From a virus (Duplodnaviria > Caudoviricetes), in IMG/VR virus record IMGVR_UViG_3300049811_000191, positions 1 through 41,809 of that record: DNA of 41,809 nucleotides; one strand, written 5' to 3'. The translations under genes were made by a program, and so were the position numbers. Positions 16,601-24,957 of the stretch are shown in pieces. The notes beneath the pieces were generated by a model. It had not been told where the DNA came from. It saw nothing but the letters and a program-made list of their open reading frames with translations, and ran no database searches. The number at the start of each line of letters is the position of its first letter. The first letter of the stretch is position 1.

Positions 16601-18395
16601 AAAAGATTCTTTTTTAAACGAATCACAGCTTGAAGAGATTTGGAATGAGGCAAACAAATCTGATACTACCGGGCCTAGGTTTAGGGAAACTAGCGCTATT
16701 GAATCCCTAAATAATGAGGCAAAAAAGTACAAAAATGTAGAAGACTTTATAGAATCTCAAAGTAATTTTAGAGATGGTCATACTGCTCCAAGCTTTGATG
16801 ACACACCTGTTAAGCAACGAATGGAAGATGGTGGTGATTTTAACTTATCAGAAGTAATTAAAGGCCAACACACACAACCATCTGATTATTTTGATCCTAC
16901 AGTTGGGCCAAAATATTATATGTACGATGATAAGGCTGGTATGGAAAGTTTGACAGCAATAAATAATGTCAAGAGAGGTGCTAAAACAATAACGGCATAT
17001 AGGGCTATTCCAAAAGAAATCAATGCTGATAAATTAATTGATGGAGATTGGATCTCTTTTTCTAGAACCTATGCAGAAAATCATGGTTTATCACGTTTTG
17101 GAGAAAACGAGTATAAAATAATTGAACAAGATGTCAATCCAAAAGAAGTTTGGTGGGATGGAAACGATATACGAGAATGGGGGTATGACACAGGAAAAAC
17201 CAACAGATTAAGTAGGTATGATCTAATCAATATCTGGAATAAGGCTAATTTAAAATTAAGGGTTAAAGATGATGTTAAAAAGATAACCGGCAGAACAATC
17301 ACAGATGCACAAGAACAGGAGCTTATAGATCTAAACCGTAAATTCTTTGGAGATGATAAGGTGAACATTACGCTTCAGATTATGGCCAATAGCAAAGCAC
17401 TTGGCCAGTATTACCAGAATATGATTGACATTGTAGATGGCCAAGCAGATCCAAAAGCTACATATCTTCATGAGGCAGTACACAAATATTTAGATGTTTT
17501 TTCTACAACTGAAGAATATGTGCAAGTTTTGGAAGAAGGAGCTAAAAAGTATAAAACAGATGATTATGCAGAGGTTGAAGAGAAAATAGCTGAAGAGTTT
17601 ATTACATACGCCAAAACAAAAGAATCAGCAAACACAGGCATCAAAGGATTCTTTACAAAAATACTAAACCGTATCAAGCTCTACTTTGCCAATAAATCTG
17701 CAATAGAAAGGCTATATAACGAGATTATAGAAGGCAAAGCAGCTAAAAAGGCTGAAACTGCAACAGACAGTAAGCCATTGGCGGCAGATGCTATTCCTTC
17801 AAATGAACAGGCACAAACGCCAGTAGGAGCCGGTAAAAAGGCCAAATCTAAGGCATATACACGTGTTTATGATATGTTGGCTGAAGAAACTAAGCAGGAT
17901 GTGTCATATAACAAGCTTAACATTGAGAAGGATGTAGATGCGGCGGCTGAATTTGCGGCAGCAGATCCAAAAGCGGCAATAAGAGTAGCATTAGGGCTAG
18001 AAGAAGCTCCAAAAGGTCAAACAGAAACAGCAATATCTATTCTTCTTGCTGATAAGGCGGGCCGGGATGGTGATTTTCAGCTTCAGTCACAGCTTGAAGC
18101 GGCCCGGTCACTAAGGCAAACTAGAAGAGGGCAAGAGATTGTTTCAGAGCGTGGCCGGTTTAATGAAGATTCACCACACTTCTTCATACGAAAATTACTT
18201 GATGCACGGCTTAATAATCTTGGTAAAAGTCTTGGTGTGGCAATTGAAGAGTATAGATTAAGGTTAGTAAGCGCAAAAGAGGTGGCCATTAAGAAAATTG
18301 ACAAAGTAAAGAAAAACATTACAGAAAAGATAAAAGCAGACCGGAAAAAAATAGATTTTGCTAAAGATTTCTTATCATCAATTACTTGTAAATAA
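13689..18395 (+). CDS. Large polyvalent internal virion/ejection protein (two ART-like domains, zincin HExxH)
   Basis: 1568 aa with Gly/Ala hydrophobic segments, VYHGT...FFT...YDGIIF, AYRA...GDWISFS...EWGY and YLHEAVH (HEAVH at 17469-17483). Confidence 0.7.
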   Translation: MAFSDPVFEKRRATFGGSSQGSTQKTTNSGSSFVDPVFEKRRMEIIKTPSQPTKKQITAPVTLSQPKKQNLVERTTDNLAWAGNTALDNAASLVKKIGNFTVKLVTPKPTAMQQEVAKLTQTPIKLSPDQKKLTTEQLQQVAVPSASLKQQSKQESLKKAQEIRKTTSEKIRALEKVFDSQVVKQREVKKGYKEPGIFGDAVEALSQGIVNTMGIIGAGVEKLGRQAKPNPYDIQGITNKFLMTNVGRKLSAEADNIIASNPEWNPDPKAKPYEAKSIARLWAATAPSILINIAATLATYPVGGVGGYVTGYLMESGATYKEAKKMGVSEEKAQLYGDIVGVVNSIFEHLLPGSMTYGKKIVKGMFMSGAKEVVEQGVKETTKKSVDIISKSLAKEVLKNLGKFGLKMAKNGAIEGGTEAIQEMWANVIAMNYDKNRKYYDNAFTSAIGGFLGGATFGGGSEEAIQQSGIIPDGTYTPEQVIGKLIQTKMNETTEGKELMKTALQAKETGQQIEVKNDAIVNSEVQTINQEEVKSVEKESGKQSSASSLQKEIDQILGVDESIKNIVKKDGVRGKSYLAMQKAADAGDKQVMANIDRIVELQTKIDDLQETKRKNTKAKKKTINKKQSAKEYIEKTVKERTTKFRISKEEQQNIDQEADVLQQLLAKDEVNTRLFHDAKSVNPIENFEDMEYIVRRIGQGKATMEDISAGFAILEQNGYTPGLIKAMVTADAYIKNKKGPRFREETDQNKQLEELLAIERPNLEQIKLINKLRAEQMAQKQAKSAEDIGEEKMGWKDGRKDEFDNAVDLKNVDKVREMLPEVPAYYKEEFKGKIDEAIRMGELMQEAEKYKTAEEFIKAQKLVYHGTTANLKEFSNDTGTFFTDDYMNADGYASGENVYEGYIRFINPLIIDAKGRMHNDIDTEYGKTTREVVANVDSKKYDGIIFENIKDSWIDDAEAQDPSTIYYAFRPKDSFLNESQLEEIWNEANKSDTTGPRFRETSAIESLNNEAKKYKNVEDFIESQSNFRDGHTAPSFDDTPVKQRMEDGGDFNLSEVIKGQHTQPSDYFDPTVGPKYYMYDDKAGMESLTAINNVKRGAKTITAYRAIPKEINADKLIDGDWISFSRTYAENHGLSRFGENEYKIIEQDVNPKEVWWDGNDIREWGYDTGKTNRLSRYDLINIWNKANLKLRVKDDVKKITGRTITDAQEQELIDLNRKFFGDDKVNITLQIMANSKALGQYYQNMIDIVDGQADPKATYLHEAVHKYLDVFSTTEEYVQVLEEGAKKYKTDDYAEVEEKIAEEFITYAKTKESANTGIKGFFTKILNRIKLYFANKSAIERLYNEIIEGKAAKKAETATDSKPLAADAIPSNEQAQTPVGAGKKAKSKAYTRVYDMLAEETKQDVSYNKLNIEKDVDAAAEFAAADPKAAIRVALGLEEAPKGQTETAISILLADKAGRDGDFQLQSQLEAARSLRQTRRGQEIVSERGRFNEDSPHFFIRKLLDARLNNLGKSLGVAIEEYRLRLVSAKEVAIKKIDKVKKNITEKIKADRKKIDFAKDFLSSITCK

Positions 18396-18397
18396 CT

Positions 18398-20674
18398 ATG
18401 GCAGTCATATGTATTCTAAAAGAAGTTGCAGACAGTTTAAGGGAAGCGCTAACAAAAGGTAATCTAAAGATAGATATTGAATCTATGTATAAGATGACTT
18501 CTAAAGAGCGCCGGGCCTTATTTGCTCCTTTTGTAGATACTGAAACAGCCAAGTTTATAAACTCCAAGTTTGAAAACGCCATGAAATCAAGCAATGAAAA
18601 GGCGCTTGAAAATTGGGCTAAATCAGTTTTTACAGCTCAGGAAAAAAAAAGCGGAAAGTACCAAGATGTTTTAAAAAAGATTGAGAAGCTTAAAGAGCTT
18701 GATGTGCTAGATCCGGAAAACAATGATGCATTTTTAGAAGACCTTGCTGCTACTAAGCTTGGTGCAACCATAACAGCAGATGAAGCTCAAAAAATTAGTG
18801 AAATATCAGGCCGGCTTCAGGAAGAATCAGGGAAATTATCAAAGTTTGGAACACCTACTAAGGAATACTTTAAAGTACGACATGAGATGGATAACTATTT
18901 GGCCTCACTTGTGCCAAGCTCAAGACTTAAAGTAGCAACCTCAGTCATTGCACGTGGCACACTTCTTTTTTCATTTAAATCGCCTTTTTTAAACGTAGAA
19001 TCAAATACTATTCAAGGCGCTATTCAGGCAGCTCAAAGACGGTTTGAAACAAAGACATTGGGCGGCGTAAATAATGATTTTGCGGTTGAGTATATAAAGT
19101 TTGTGAATGATGTATATAAAGACACAGGGTATGACGTTTCAAGAATGCTAACGCTTGATGCAGATCCTAAAATCAAAGGTGAAGAAACTACAACAACTCA
19201 GGGGCCGGGAAAGGTACGTGCAGTTGGCCGCTTTTATGAGGATTTGATCTTTAAAAAAACACAAGGTGCGCCAGATGTGGCATTTTCATCATTTGCTTTT
19301 GCAGACCGGGCCAATTTAGAATCAACTAAGATTGCACAAGGCATGAATCTTAAAGGGGTAGAGCTTAAAGAGAAGGCAATGGCCATATTCAACGATGCAA
19401 CGGCTATAGAGCCGGCAACTGATGAAGGAAAGGCAGTAAGGGCGGCGGCTATTGCGGATGCAACCTATTCAACCTACACAAACAAATCCGGGTATTCTGA
19501 TTTTGCACTTGGAATCCGGAAGCTTTTTAATATGGCTACAGGGGATTTGCGTATTGGTGATCAGATAATGCCATTTGTTAAAACGCCGGCAAACGTGGCC
19601 GGGGCCGGGATAGACGCATCAGGCGTATTAATACCTGTTAAAACAGCCATGAGAACGGCAGAAATGCTTAAAAAAATAAAAGCCGGTGAGCCATTAAAAG
19701 AAGCATTTAAAGAAGCATTTGATGGTTTTGCACGTGAAATAATAAGATCAGGTTTAGGCATGACATTTGCATATCTTGTATCAAACTTGTTTAAGCCGGA
19801 TGATTTTATAGGAGAATACCCGGTATCACAAAAAGAGCGTGAATTACTGCTTGCCAAGCGTGCAACGACAAATTCAGTTAAAATTGGCAATAGATGGGTA
19901 TCGGTTGATTACTTTGGCCCATTGGGAGCGCCAATAGTGGGTATGCTATATGCTAAAAAATACGGTAAAGATCTTCCAAATACGGTTTGGGAGTATTACA
20001 AGGGAATAGGAAGACAGGCTATAAAGATTCCGGGATTTGAAGAGTTTTATTCAACAGTTGAAGCCATAAAACAAGCAGCGCCGGGAGCCGGAAAGACGGT
20101 ATCTGAAGAGGTGGCAGATGTAGCAAATTACATGATTTCATTTATCCGGGCAAGAACTATACCGGCTATGATTTCAGATATTGCAAAAGGAACGGATACT
20201 GTAGAGCGTAAAGCGCCAAGCAAAGATGCATTATCACAGATCAAGTCAGGTATTCCGGGCTTGCGGCAAACACTACCGGAAAAAAAGGATGTATTTGGAG
20301 AAACAGTAACTTCAGAAGGTATTGTGTCAGTACTTTTATCTGGCGCAAGAGTTAAAACAGCAAAAGATGATCCGCTTGTAAATGAGCTTGATAGGCTTGC
20401 TAAAAGTGACAATTTACCATCAATAACAGACATTGAAAAGACTTCACAACGTGCAAAAGATCTAAAAATACAAATAGGAGATGATAAATTTAGTGAGGCC
20501 AAGATTGAATACGGCTCTATGCTTAAAAAGCGGCTTGATAAGTTTGTGCAAAGTGAAACGTACAAAAAGGCAAACGATGAACGCAAAAAGAGCATGATTG
20601 AAAAGATCAAAGATTCTGAGGTCAATAGAATGCTCCGGAAATATGGATATAAACGACCTAAAAATTCTACTTGA
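18398..20674 (+). CDS. Large internal virion/ejection protein
   Basis: 758-aa helical protein with MPFVKTPAN and WVSVDYFGPLG segments. Last gene before lysis. Confidence 0.6.
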   Translation: MAVICILKEVADSLREALTKGNLKIDIESMYKMTSKERRALFAPFVDTETAKFINSKFENAMKSSNEKALENWAKSVFTAQEKKSGKYQDVLKKIEKLKELDVLDPENNDAFLEDLAATKLGATITADEAQKISEISGRLQEESGKLSKFGTPTKEYFKVRHEMDNYLASLVPSSRLKVATSVIARGTLLFSFKSPFLNVESNTIQGAIQAAQRRFETKTLGGVNNDFAVEYIKFVNDVYKDTGYDVSRMLTLDADPKIKGEETTTTQGPGKVRAVGRFYEDLIFKKTQGAPDVAFSSFAFADRANLESTKIAQGMNLKGVELKEKAMAIFNDATAIEPATDEGKAVRAAAIADATYSTYTNKSGYSDFALGIRKLFNMATGDLRIGDQIMPFVKTPANVAGAGIDASGVLIPVKTAMRTAEMLKKIKAGEPLKEAFKEAFDGFAREIIRSGLGMTFAYLVSNLFKPDDFIGEYPVSQKERELLLAKRATTNSVKIGNRWVSVDYFGPLGAPIVGMLYAKKYGKDLPNTVWEYYKGIGRQAIKIPGFEEFYSTVEAIKQAAPGAGKTVSEEVADVANYMISFIRARTIPAMISDIAKGTDTVERKAPSKDALSQIKSGIPGLRQTLPEKKDVFGETVTSEGIVSVLLSGARVKTAKDDPLVNELDRLAKSDNLPSITDIEKTSQRAKDLKIQIGDDKFSEAKIEYGSMLKKRLDKFVQSETYKKANDERKKSMIEKIKDSEVNRMLRKYGYKRPKNST

Positions 20675-20700
20675 GTTAAAATAGATCGGGCCTATAAACT
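20671..20700 (+). promoter_or_regulatory. Putative late promoter (ATAG class) for lysis genes
   Basis: TTGAGT-TAAA-ATAG..., 18-bp spacer, TAAACT. ATG at 20709. Confidence 0.7.
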
Positions 20701-20708
20701 GTTAGTGT

Positions 20709-21356
20709 ATGAAAATAATACTAACTGCATCAGCTAACATTAGGCAAGCTCCAACTACAAACTCCAAAATAATAGGCGCCGCATACATAGGGCAAATATT
20801 TGATTCTTCAGGCATTAAACACGGTGAAAACGTGGCAGCTAACAGCAAATGGTATGAGCTTACAGTGGGTGGCTATATTTGGGCCGGAAACGCAAAAGAA
20901 TATGTAAAAACTGAGATTGTTAAATATAGTCAATCGGATTGGAGATGGTCATGGCGTAAGCTTGGCTATTCATCATGGGCTACACTTGGTGACTTTGGGT
21001 GTGCTTTGACCTCATGTGCAATGCTATGTGGCATAGATCCACACACACTGAATGAATATATGAAGCGTGTAAGGGGGTATGTTCAAGATACCATGCTTGT
21101 CTGGACAGCGCTTGAGAAAGCCACAAACGGTAAATTAAAGTATATAGGCGGATTAGGTGAAGAGTACGATAATGAGCGCTGCAAAGCCATAATTAAGCGT
21201 GAAAAAGCGTGTATTGTTCAGGTTTGGTCATCTAATATTCCTATGCATTTTGTTGTTGCTATTGGAAACGGTGAGATTATTGATCCAATAGACGGCAAAA
21301 TTAAATCATTTGGCACTTATTGGCCGGTAAGTTTGCGAGAAATTACAAGGTTGTGA
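20709..21356 (+). CDS. Putative endolysin: SH3b plus C39-like cysteine peptidase
   Basis: ANIRQAPTTNSKII...WYEL..GGYI (SH3b), then YSQSD.RW...GCALTSCAML...HFVV...IIDP. Confidence 0.75.
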   Translation: MKIILTASANIRQAPTTNSKIIGAAYIGQIFDSSGIKHGENVAANSKWYELTVGGYIWAGNAKEYVKTEIVKYSQSDWRWSWRKLGYSSWATLGDFGCALTSCAMLCGIDPHTLNEYMKRVRGYVQDTMLVWTALEKATNGKLKYIGGLGEEYDNERCKAIIKREKACIVQVWSSNIPMHFVVAIGNGEIIDPIDGKIKSFGTYWPVSLREITRL

Positions 21357-21422
21357 GGCTTAAAAGGTAAACTGTACGTTTTTTATCATAATTACTAAAC
21401 GATTGCTATTTAAAAATGACTT

Positions 21423-21707
21423 ATGGAAGAGAAAAAATCAGACTTAATCCAACTTTTATCAGTCAATAATCTTGTTCCGCTTATAGGAACAATTATTGCG
21501 GCGGTAGTATTTATTTTTAAATTGCAGACAGGTAATGAGCTTATAACGTACAAAATAGATCAACTTAATGTAAAACTTGATAAATTAATTGAAGAACGCA
21601 ATACTTCAGTTGACCGAATGAGAACATTGGTTGATAAAAGAGCTGAGGAGGTAAATAGATTAAATGACAGGATTACCATTGTTGAAACTTATTTAAAATT
21701 ACCATAA
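21423..21707 (+). CDS. Single-TM coiled-coil protein (holin/antiholin-like)
   Basis: Hydrophobic LVPLIGTIIAAVVFIF followed by a coiled coil, next to the endolysin. Confidence 0.55.
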   Translation: MEEKKSDLIQLLSVNNLVPLIGTIIAAVVFIFKLQTGNELITYKIDQLNVKLDKLIEERNTSVDRMRTLVDKRAEEVNRLNDRITIVETYLKLP

Positions 21708-21712
21708 TTCTT

Positions 21713-21964
21713 ATGACAGAAGCTAACAAAAAAGCTTTGCTTGAAGCTATTAAAGAAATAGTTAGAAGCGTGCTTATAGGCATAATTCCTGTTATGTTGC
21801 TTGGAATTGATGTGGTAGCCGGTAAGATTGCTATAAATTGGGCTGTTGTAGGATGCGTGGCGCTTGTAATTTTTCTTAAAAGCATAGATAAATATTTGCA
21901 TATACACGGAAAAGAAGAGCATCCGGAAGCAAGCGGACAAAGCTATGGATTGGTCAGACTATAA
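21713..21964 (+). CDS. Putative holin
   Basis: 83 aa, two TM segments, charged C-terminus. Confidence 0.65.
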   Translation: MTEANKKALLEAIKEIVRSVLIGIIPVMLLGIDVVAGKIAINWAVVGCVALVIFLKSIDKYLHIHGKEEHPEASGQSYGLVRL

Positions 21965-21979
21965 GTAATTTAACGCTTT

Positions 21980-22330
21980 ATGAAGAAAGAACAGGTGGTA
22001 AACACACTTGTTGAAGCAGCCAAGATTGCAATTCCTGTTGGAATAGTAATAACCGGCTCTTTGTTTTCCTTTTCTTCAGGCAGCAGACATAAGATATTAG
22101 AGCGTGATAATTATAGATGTAGGGTATGTGGATCTACAGAACACTTAGAAGCGGCCCATTATAACCACAACAAAAGTAGACCGGATTACAATAGTCCAAA
22201 AAACGGCAGAACACTTTGTACTTATTGCCATCTTCAGGATCACATCAGAAATGCCGGGCATAATGGTTTGCCATATAAAGGTAATATTTGGGCCATAGAA
22301 AAGCTTAAAGAAAAATTAAGAAGTTACTAA
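21980..22330 (+). CDS. HNH endonuclease with a hydrophobic N-terminus
   Basis: ILERDNYRCRVCG...LEAAH...NGRTLCTYCH. Confidence 0.85.
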   Translation: MKKEQVVNTLVEAAKIAIPVGIVITGSLFSFSSGSRHKILERDNYRCRVCGSTEHLEAAHYNHNKSRPDYNSPKNGRTLCTYCHLQDHIRNAGHNGLPYKGNIWAIEKLKEKLRSY

Positions 22331-22339
22331 AATATCTGC

Positions 22340-22369
22340 TTGACAACTTGCAATAAGATTTAGTATTCT
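22340..22369 (+). promoter_or_regulatory. Sigma70-type promoter upstream of a structured leader
   Basis: TTGACA-18 bp-TATTCT. Confidence 0.7.
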
Positions 22370-22420
22370 TATATTTACAAATGGGGAGCGAGTAATAGAA
22401 AGCAGAAAATTATTCTTGGC

Positions 22421-22487
22421 AATCCGTTTAGCGCTAGGGTTTGGGAGCCAAGCCCTATCTGCACCCTAGCGCCAAGCGGATTTTTTT
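22421..22487 (+). terminator. Long hairpin plus T-tract (terminator/attenuator)
   Basis: AATCCGTTTAGCGCTAGGGT pairs with ACCCTAGCGCCAAGCGGATT, then a T run directly before ATG 22488. Confidence 0.75.
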
Positions 22488-22676
22488 ATGGTACGAAAAC
22501 AAACAATCTACAAAGCAGCAAGTGGATACTACAAACTTCATAAGGAAGAGTTACTTCAGAGTGGCTACATAATCACACAAGACACAGAAGAATTTAGCAT
22601 TTTTGAGAAGATAGAACCATCCAAGGGATCAGATGAGGATGTAAAAGCCGTGCAAAACGGCACAAAAACGGCGTAA
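22488..22676 (+). CDS. Hypothetical protein
   Basis: 62-aa ORF after the hairpin. Confidence 0.55.
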   Translation: MVRKQTIYKAASGYYKLHKEELLQSGYIITQDTEEFSIFEKIEPSKGSDEDVKAVQNGTKTA

Positions 22677-22960
22677 GGAACCGTTTTTGGTAATAAGTCT
22701 GAAGGGGTGATGCCTGTATCCCGGCTAGTAGGAACGGATACCCAGATCGCATGTATGGCATTCCCTTCTAACTTCTTTCAGTTTTTCCGGGCCGCCGGAA
22801 TTAAATGAAAGGGGGTAGGGGGGAATGAATACCAGAATGCATATATATCTTTATTATTATAGATAAGAATAATATTTATATGCAAATAGTGTGTAAATAA
22901 AATGTTAGTACATTGTAAGAAAGAAAAGGTGTGATTTATCAAGAAAAGACAACAAAGAAT
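22647..22960. other. Structured largely non-coding region, candidate replication origin
   Basis: Several inverted repeats, a G5-TA-G6 tract at 22811-22823, then an AT-rich block. Longest intergenic stretch. Confidence 0.45.
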
Positions 22961-23008
22961 AAACAAAATCGGCGGCGCAAACTTCAAAATTAGCCTCAAT
23001 TTATCTAC

Positions 23009-23037
23009 TTGACATACTAGCGGTAGTTTGATATTCT
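23009..23037 (+). promoter_or_regulatory. Putative early promoter, leaderless, with a 14-bp shared box
   Basis: TTGACA-17 bp-TATTCT with ATG at 23044. AGCGGTAGTTTGAT at 23019-23032. Confidence 0.8.
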
Positions 23038-23043
23038 TAACTC

Positions 23044-23361
23044 ATGAGTAAGAGAAAAGAAATCAAAAAAAGCGTATACATAATTAAAAAACTGATACCC
23101 GCATCAGATGTTGATGCATCTAAAACAGGGTTTTATGCGGCAGTTCCGGACAAAGGGTATAAAGGACATCCATTTAAGATTAAGCATTTGATAGAAAAAG
23201 ATATAAACGGCGAAAAAAAGTATGTCTTGCTTGAAAAAGTAGTGCCGGATTGGAATAAAGCTGAGATGTTTAGAAGGTTTGAAGATATGTGGGGCCGGGG
23301 AGCATATACGCTTGGTTATTTTAAAATGTCAGAGAATTATGAAAAAACAAATATTGCTTAG
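23044..23361 (+). CDS. Hypothetical protein
   Basis: 105-aa ORF directly after the promoter. Confidence 0.75.
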   Translation: MSKRKEIKKSVYIIKKLIPASDVDASKTGFYAAVPDKGYKGHPFKIKHLIEKDINGEKKYVLLEKVVPDWNKAEMFRRFEDMWGRGAYTLGYFKMSENYEKTNIA

Positions 23362-23440
23362 TTTAATTATTCCGGGCGTGATATTTACCATTATTTTTGT
23401 AGTTTCGTTTATTGGTTGCTTATACCTATTAAATTTATAA
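23339..23440 (+). CDS. Small membrane peptide (33 aa, not in the ORF track)
   Basis: MKKQILLSLIIPGVIFTIIFVVSFIGCLYLLNL fills the gap, and its stop lies 1 nt before the next ATG. Confidence 0.55.
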   Translation: MKKQILLSLIIPGVIFTIIFVVSFIGCLYLLNL

Positions 23441-23441
23441 C

Positions 23442-24029
23442 ATGAACACAAAGCAGAAAATTAAACTGTACTTCTTGGCAGCAGTACTTGGAGCCGGATT
23501 AGCTTTTGAGATTTCAAGGCCGCCAGTTGTATCACAGGTTGAAGCACAGGATGTTGCACAAATTACCATATCTGCAACGCCTACACCAACAATAGTGCAT
23601 CTTGCAACACCTACTTCAACTCCAACACCTGTACCGGAGTATAGATTAGAGAATATTATTAATCATTTCTCACTTAATGGTATACAGTTTGAATATGCCA
23701 ACTACATTTGGGATAAGTGGCAACCTCACGGCAATAGACTTCAGGCGGTAGCAATTTGTACAAACGTAGGTGAAGGACATTTTGATGATGCAGCAACAAA
23801 TGATAATGGCCCGGAAGGAGTAGACCGGGGCTGTTGGCAATGGAACAGTAAGTATCATCCGGAAATCACAGATGAAATGGCCCGGAATTGTAAAACGGCT
23901 ACAGATATTACCTATGCTACTTGGAAAAATAGATACTTTAATCTTGGGCTTGGTGAAGGTTTTTACCCTATGTGGTACGGCGGCGCATCCAAAAACTTTT
24001 ATAAGTGTATGGATATTATTACTAATTAA
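23442..24029 (+). CDS. Membrane-anchored lysozyme-like/lytic transglycosylase
   Basis: N-terminal signal/TM, Thr/Pro linker, then GEGHFDDAATNDN...DRGCWQWN (SLT-like motifs). Confidence 0.7.
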   Translation: MNTKQKIKLYFLAAVLGAGLAFEISRPPVVSQVEAQDVAQITISATPTPTIVHLATPTSTPTPVPEYRLENIINHFSLNGIQFEYANYIWDKWQPHGNRLQAVAICTNVGEGHFDDAATNDNGPEGVDRGCWQWNSKYHPEITDEMARNCKTATDITYATWKNRYFNLGLGEGFYPMWYGGASKNFYKCMDIITN

Positions 24030-24039
24030 TTATTTATTT

Positions 24040-24243
24040 ATGAGTGCAGAATCAGATAAGAAAGCTGTTTTATATCAGCTTAAACAATCATATTTGGCGT
24101 ATGTTATTCAGAATGCTGCTAATAACATAATGAATATGAAGATAGCTGAGTTTAAAAGCTTTATAGCGCCAAAATTTATTGAATTTGCGAAAAAGAAAGG
24201 CTTTACGGATGAAGATCTTAAAAGTATTAATACTTCTTTTTAA
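24040..24243 (+). CDS. Hypothetical protein
   Basis: Start taken at ATG 24040 after an AT-rich leader. Confidence 0.65.
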   Translation: MSAESDKKAVLYQLKQSYLAYVIQNAANNIMNMKIAEFKSFIAPKFIEFAKKKGFTDEDLKSINTSF

Positions 24244-24246
24244 ATT

Positions 24247-24450
24247 ATGGTAAAAATTATTATTCCAGTTGTAGCAGTATTGGTGGTATTTGTTATTACA
24301 ACAATTATAGGGATGTACATTCCTTACGAGAAAACAAGTTGGTATGAAGATTCGTTTCTAGTTTGCAAAGAACAAAAGGCAATTGGATTAGGTACAAGCA
24401 ACATAAAAACCTGTTTTATTATTGAGAATGTTAGAAATATTAAAAAGTAA
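24247..24450 (+). CDS. Small membrane protein
   Basis: N-terminal hydrophobic helix. Confidence 0.65.
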   Translation: MVKIIIPVVAVLVVFVITTIIGMYIPYEKTSWYEDSFLVCKEQKAIGLGTSNIKTCFIIENVRNIKK

Positions 24451-24452
24451 TT

Positions 24453-24665
24453 ATGTCAAAAACAAAATGTATAGTTTGTAACAAAAGGTATGTAATGCAG
24501 CAAAATTGGAAATCAGAAAAGGAAAAATTAGGATGTATGACTTGCAATACAGTATTGGAGATTTTAGAAGAATCTGTTTTAGCTTATCAAAGACTAGCAG
24601 ATTCAAAAGAAATGAATGTAAAGTTTGAAGTCATCGTGCATAAGTTACCAGTTATTAAAAAATAA
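24453..24665 (+). CDS. Small Zn-finger-like protein
   Basis: CIVC...CMTC. Confidence 0.6.
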   Translation: MSKTKCIVCNKRYVMQQNWKSEKEKLGCMTCNTVLEILEESVLAYQRLADSKEMNVKFEVIVHKLPVIKK

Positions 24666-24666
24666 A

Positions 24667-24927
24667 ATGAAAATAGCCGTATTGTTGTTGGCTGATGCTA
24701 AACAGATAATGCTTATGCCGGAGAATGATCATGAAAAGTCAGCTTTAAAATTAATAGCGCCACATGATTCTATAGAGGCGGTAAGTAAGTGGGGAGCTTT
24801 TGACAGGTCACAAGAGGTATATGGATTTGATGTGTTTGAATGTCAGGGTGGTTATTACCGTAGAGAGGTGGATAATGATGCGCTTATGTTAATAGTCAAA
24901 AGTGAGAAGGAAAAGCCCGGAAAGTAA
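24667..24927 (+). CDS. Hypothetical protein
   Basis: Start taken at ATG 24667, tightly packed. Confidence 0.65.
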   Translation: MKIAVLLLADAKQIMLMPENDHEKSALKLIAPHDSIEAVSKWGAFDRSQEVYGFDVFECQGGYYRREVDNDALMLIVKSEKEKPGK

Positions 24928-24957
24928 CATAAGAATATTTATATTTTACTTTGCATT

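Noticed and set aside
22376-22800. tRNA gene in the structured region
   Set aside because: No T-loop GTTC motif, D-loop or acceptor-stem geometry.
22778-22999. 73-aa hydrophobic minus-strand ORF
   Set aside because: Non-ATG start, explained by the AT-rich composition, and no supporting signals.
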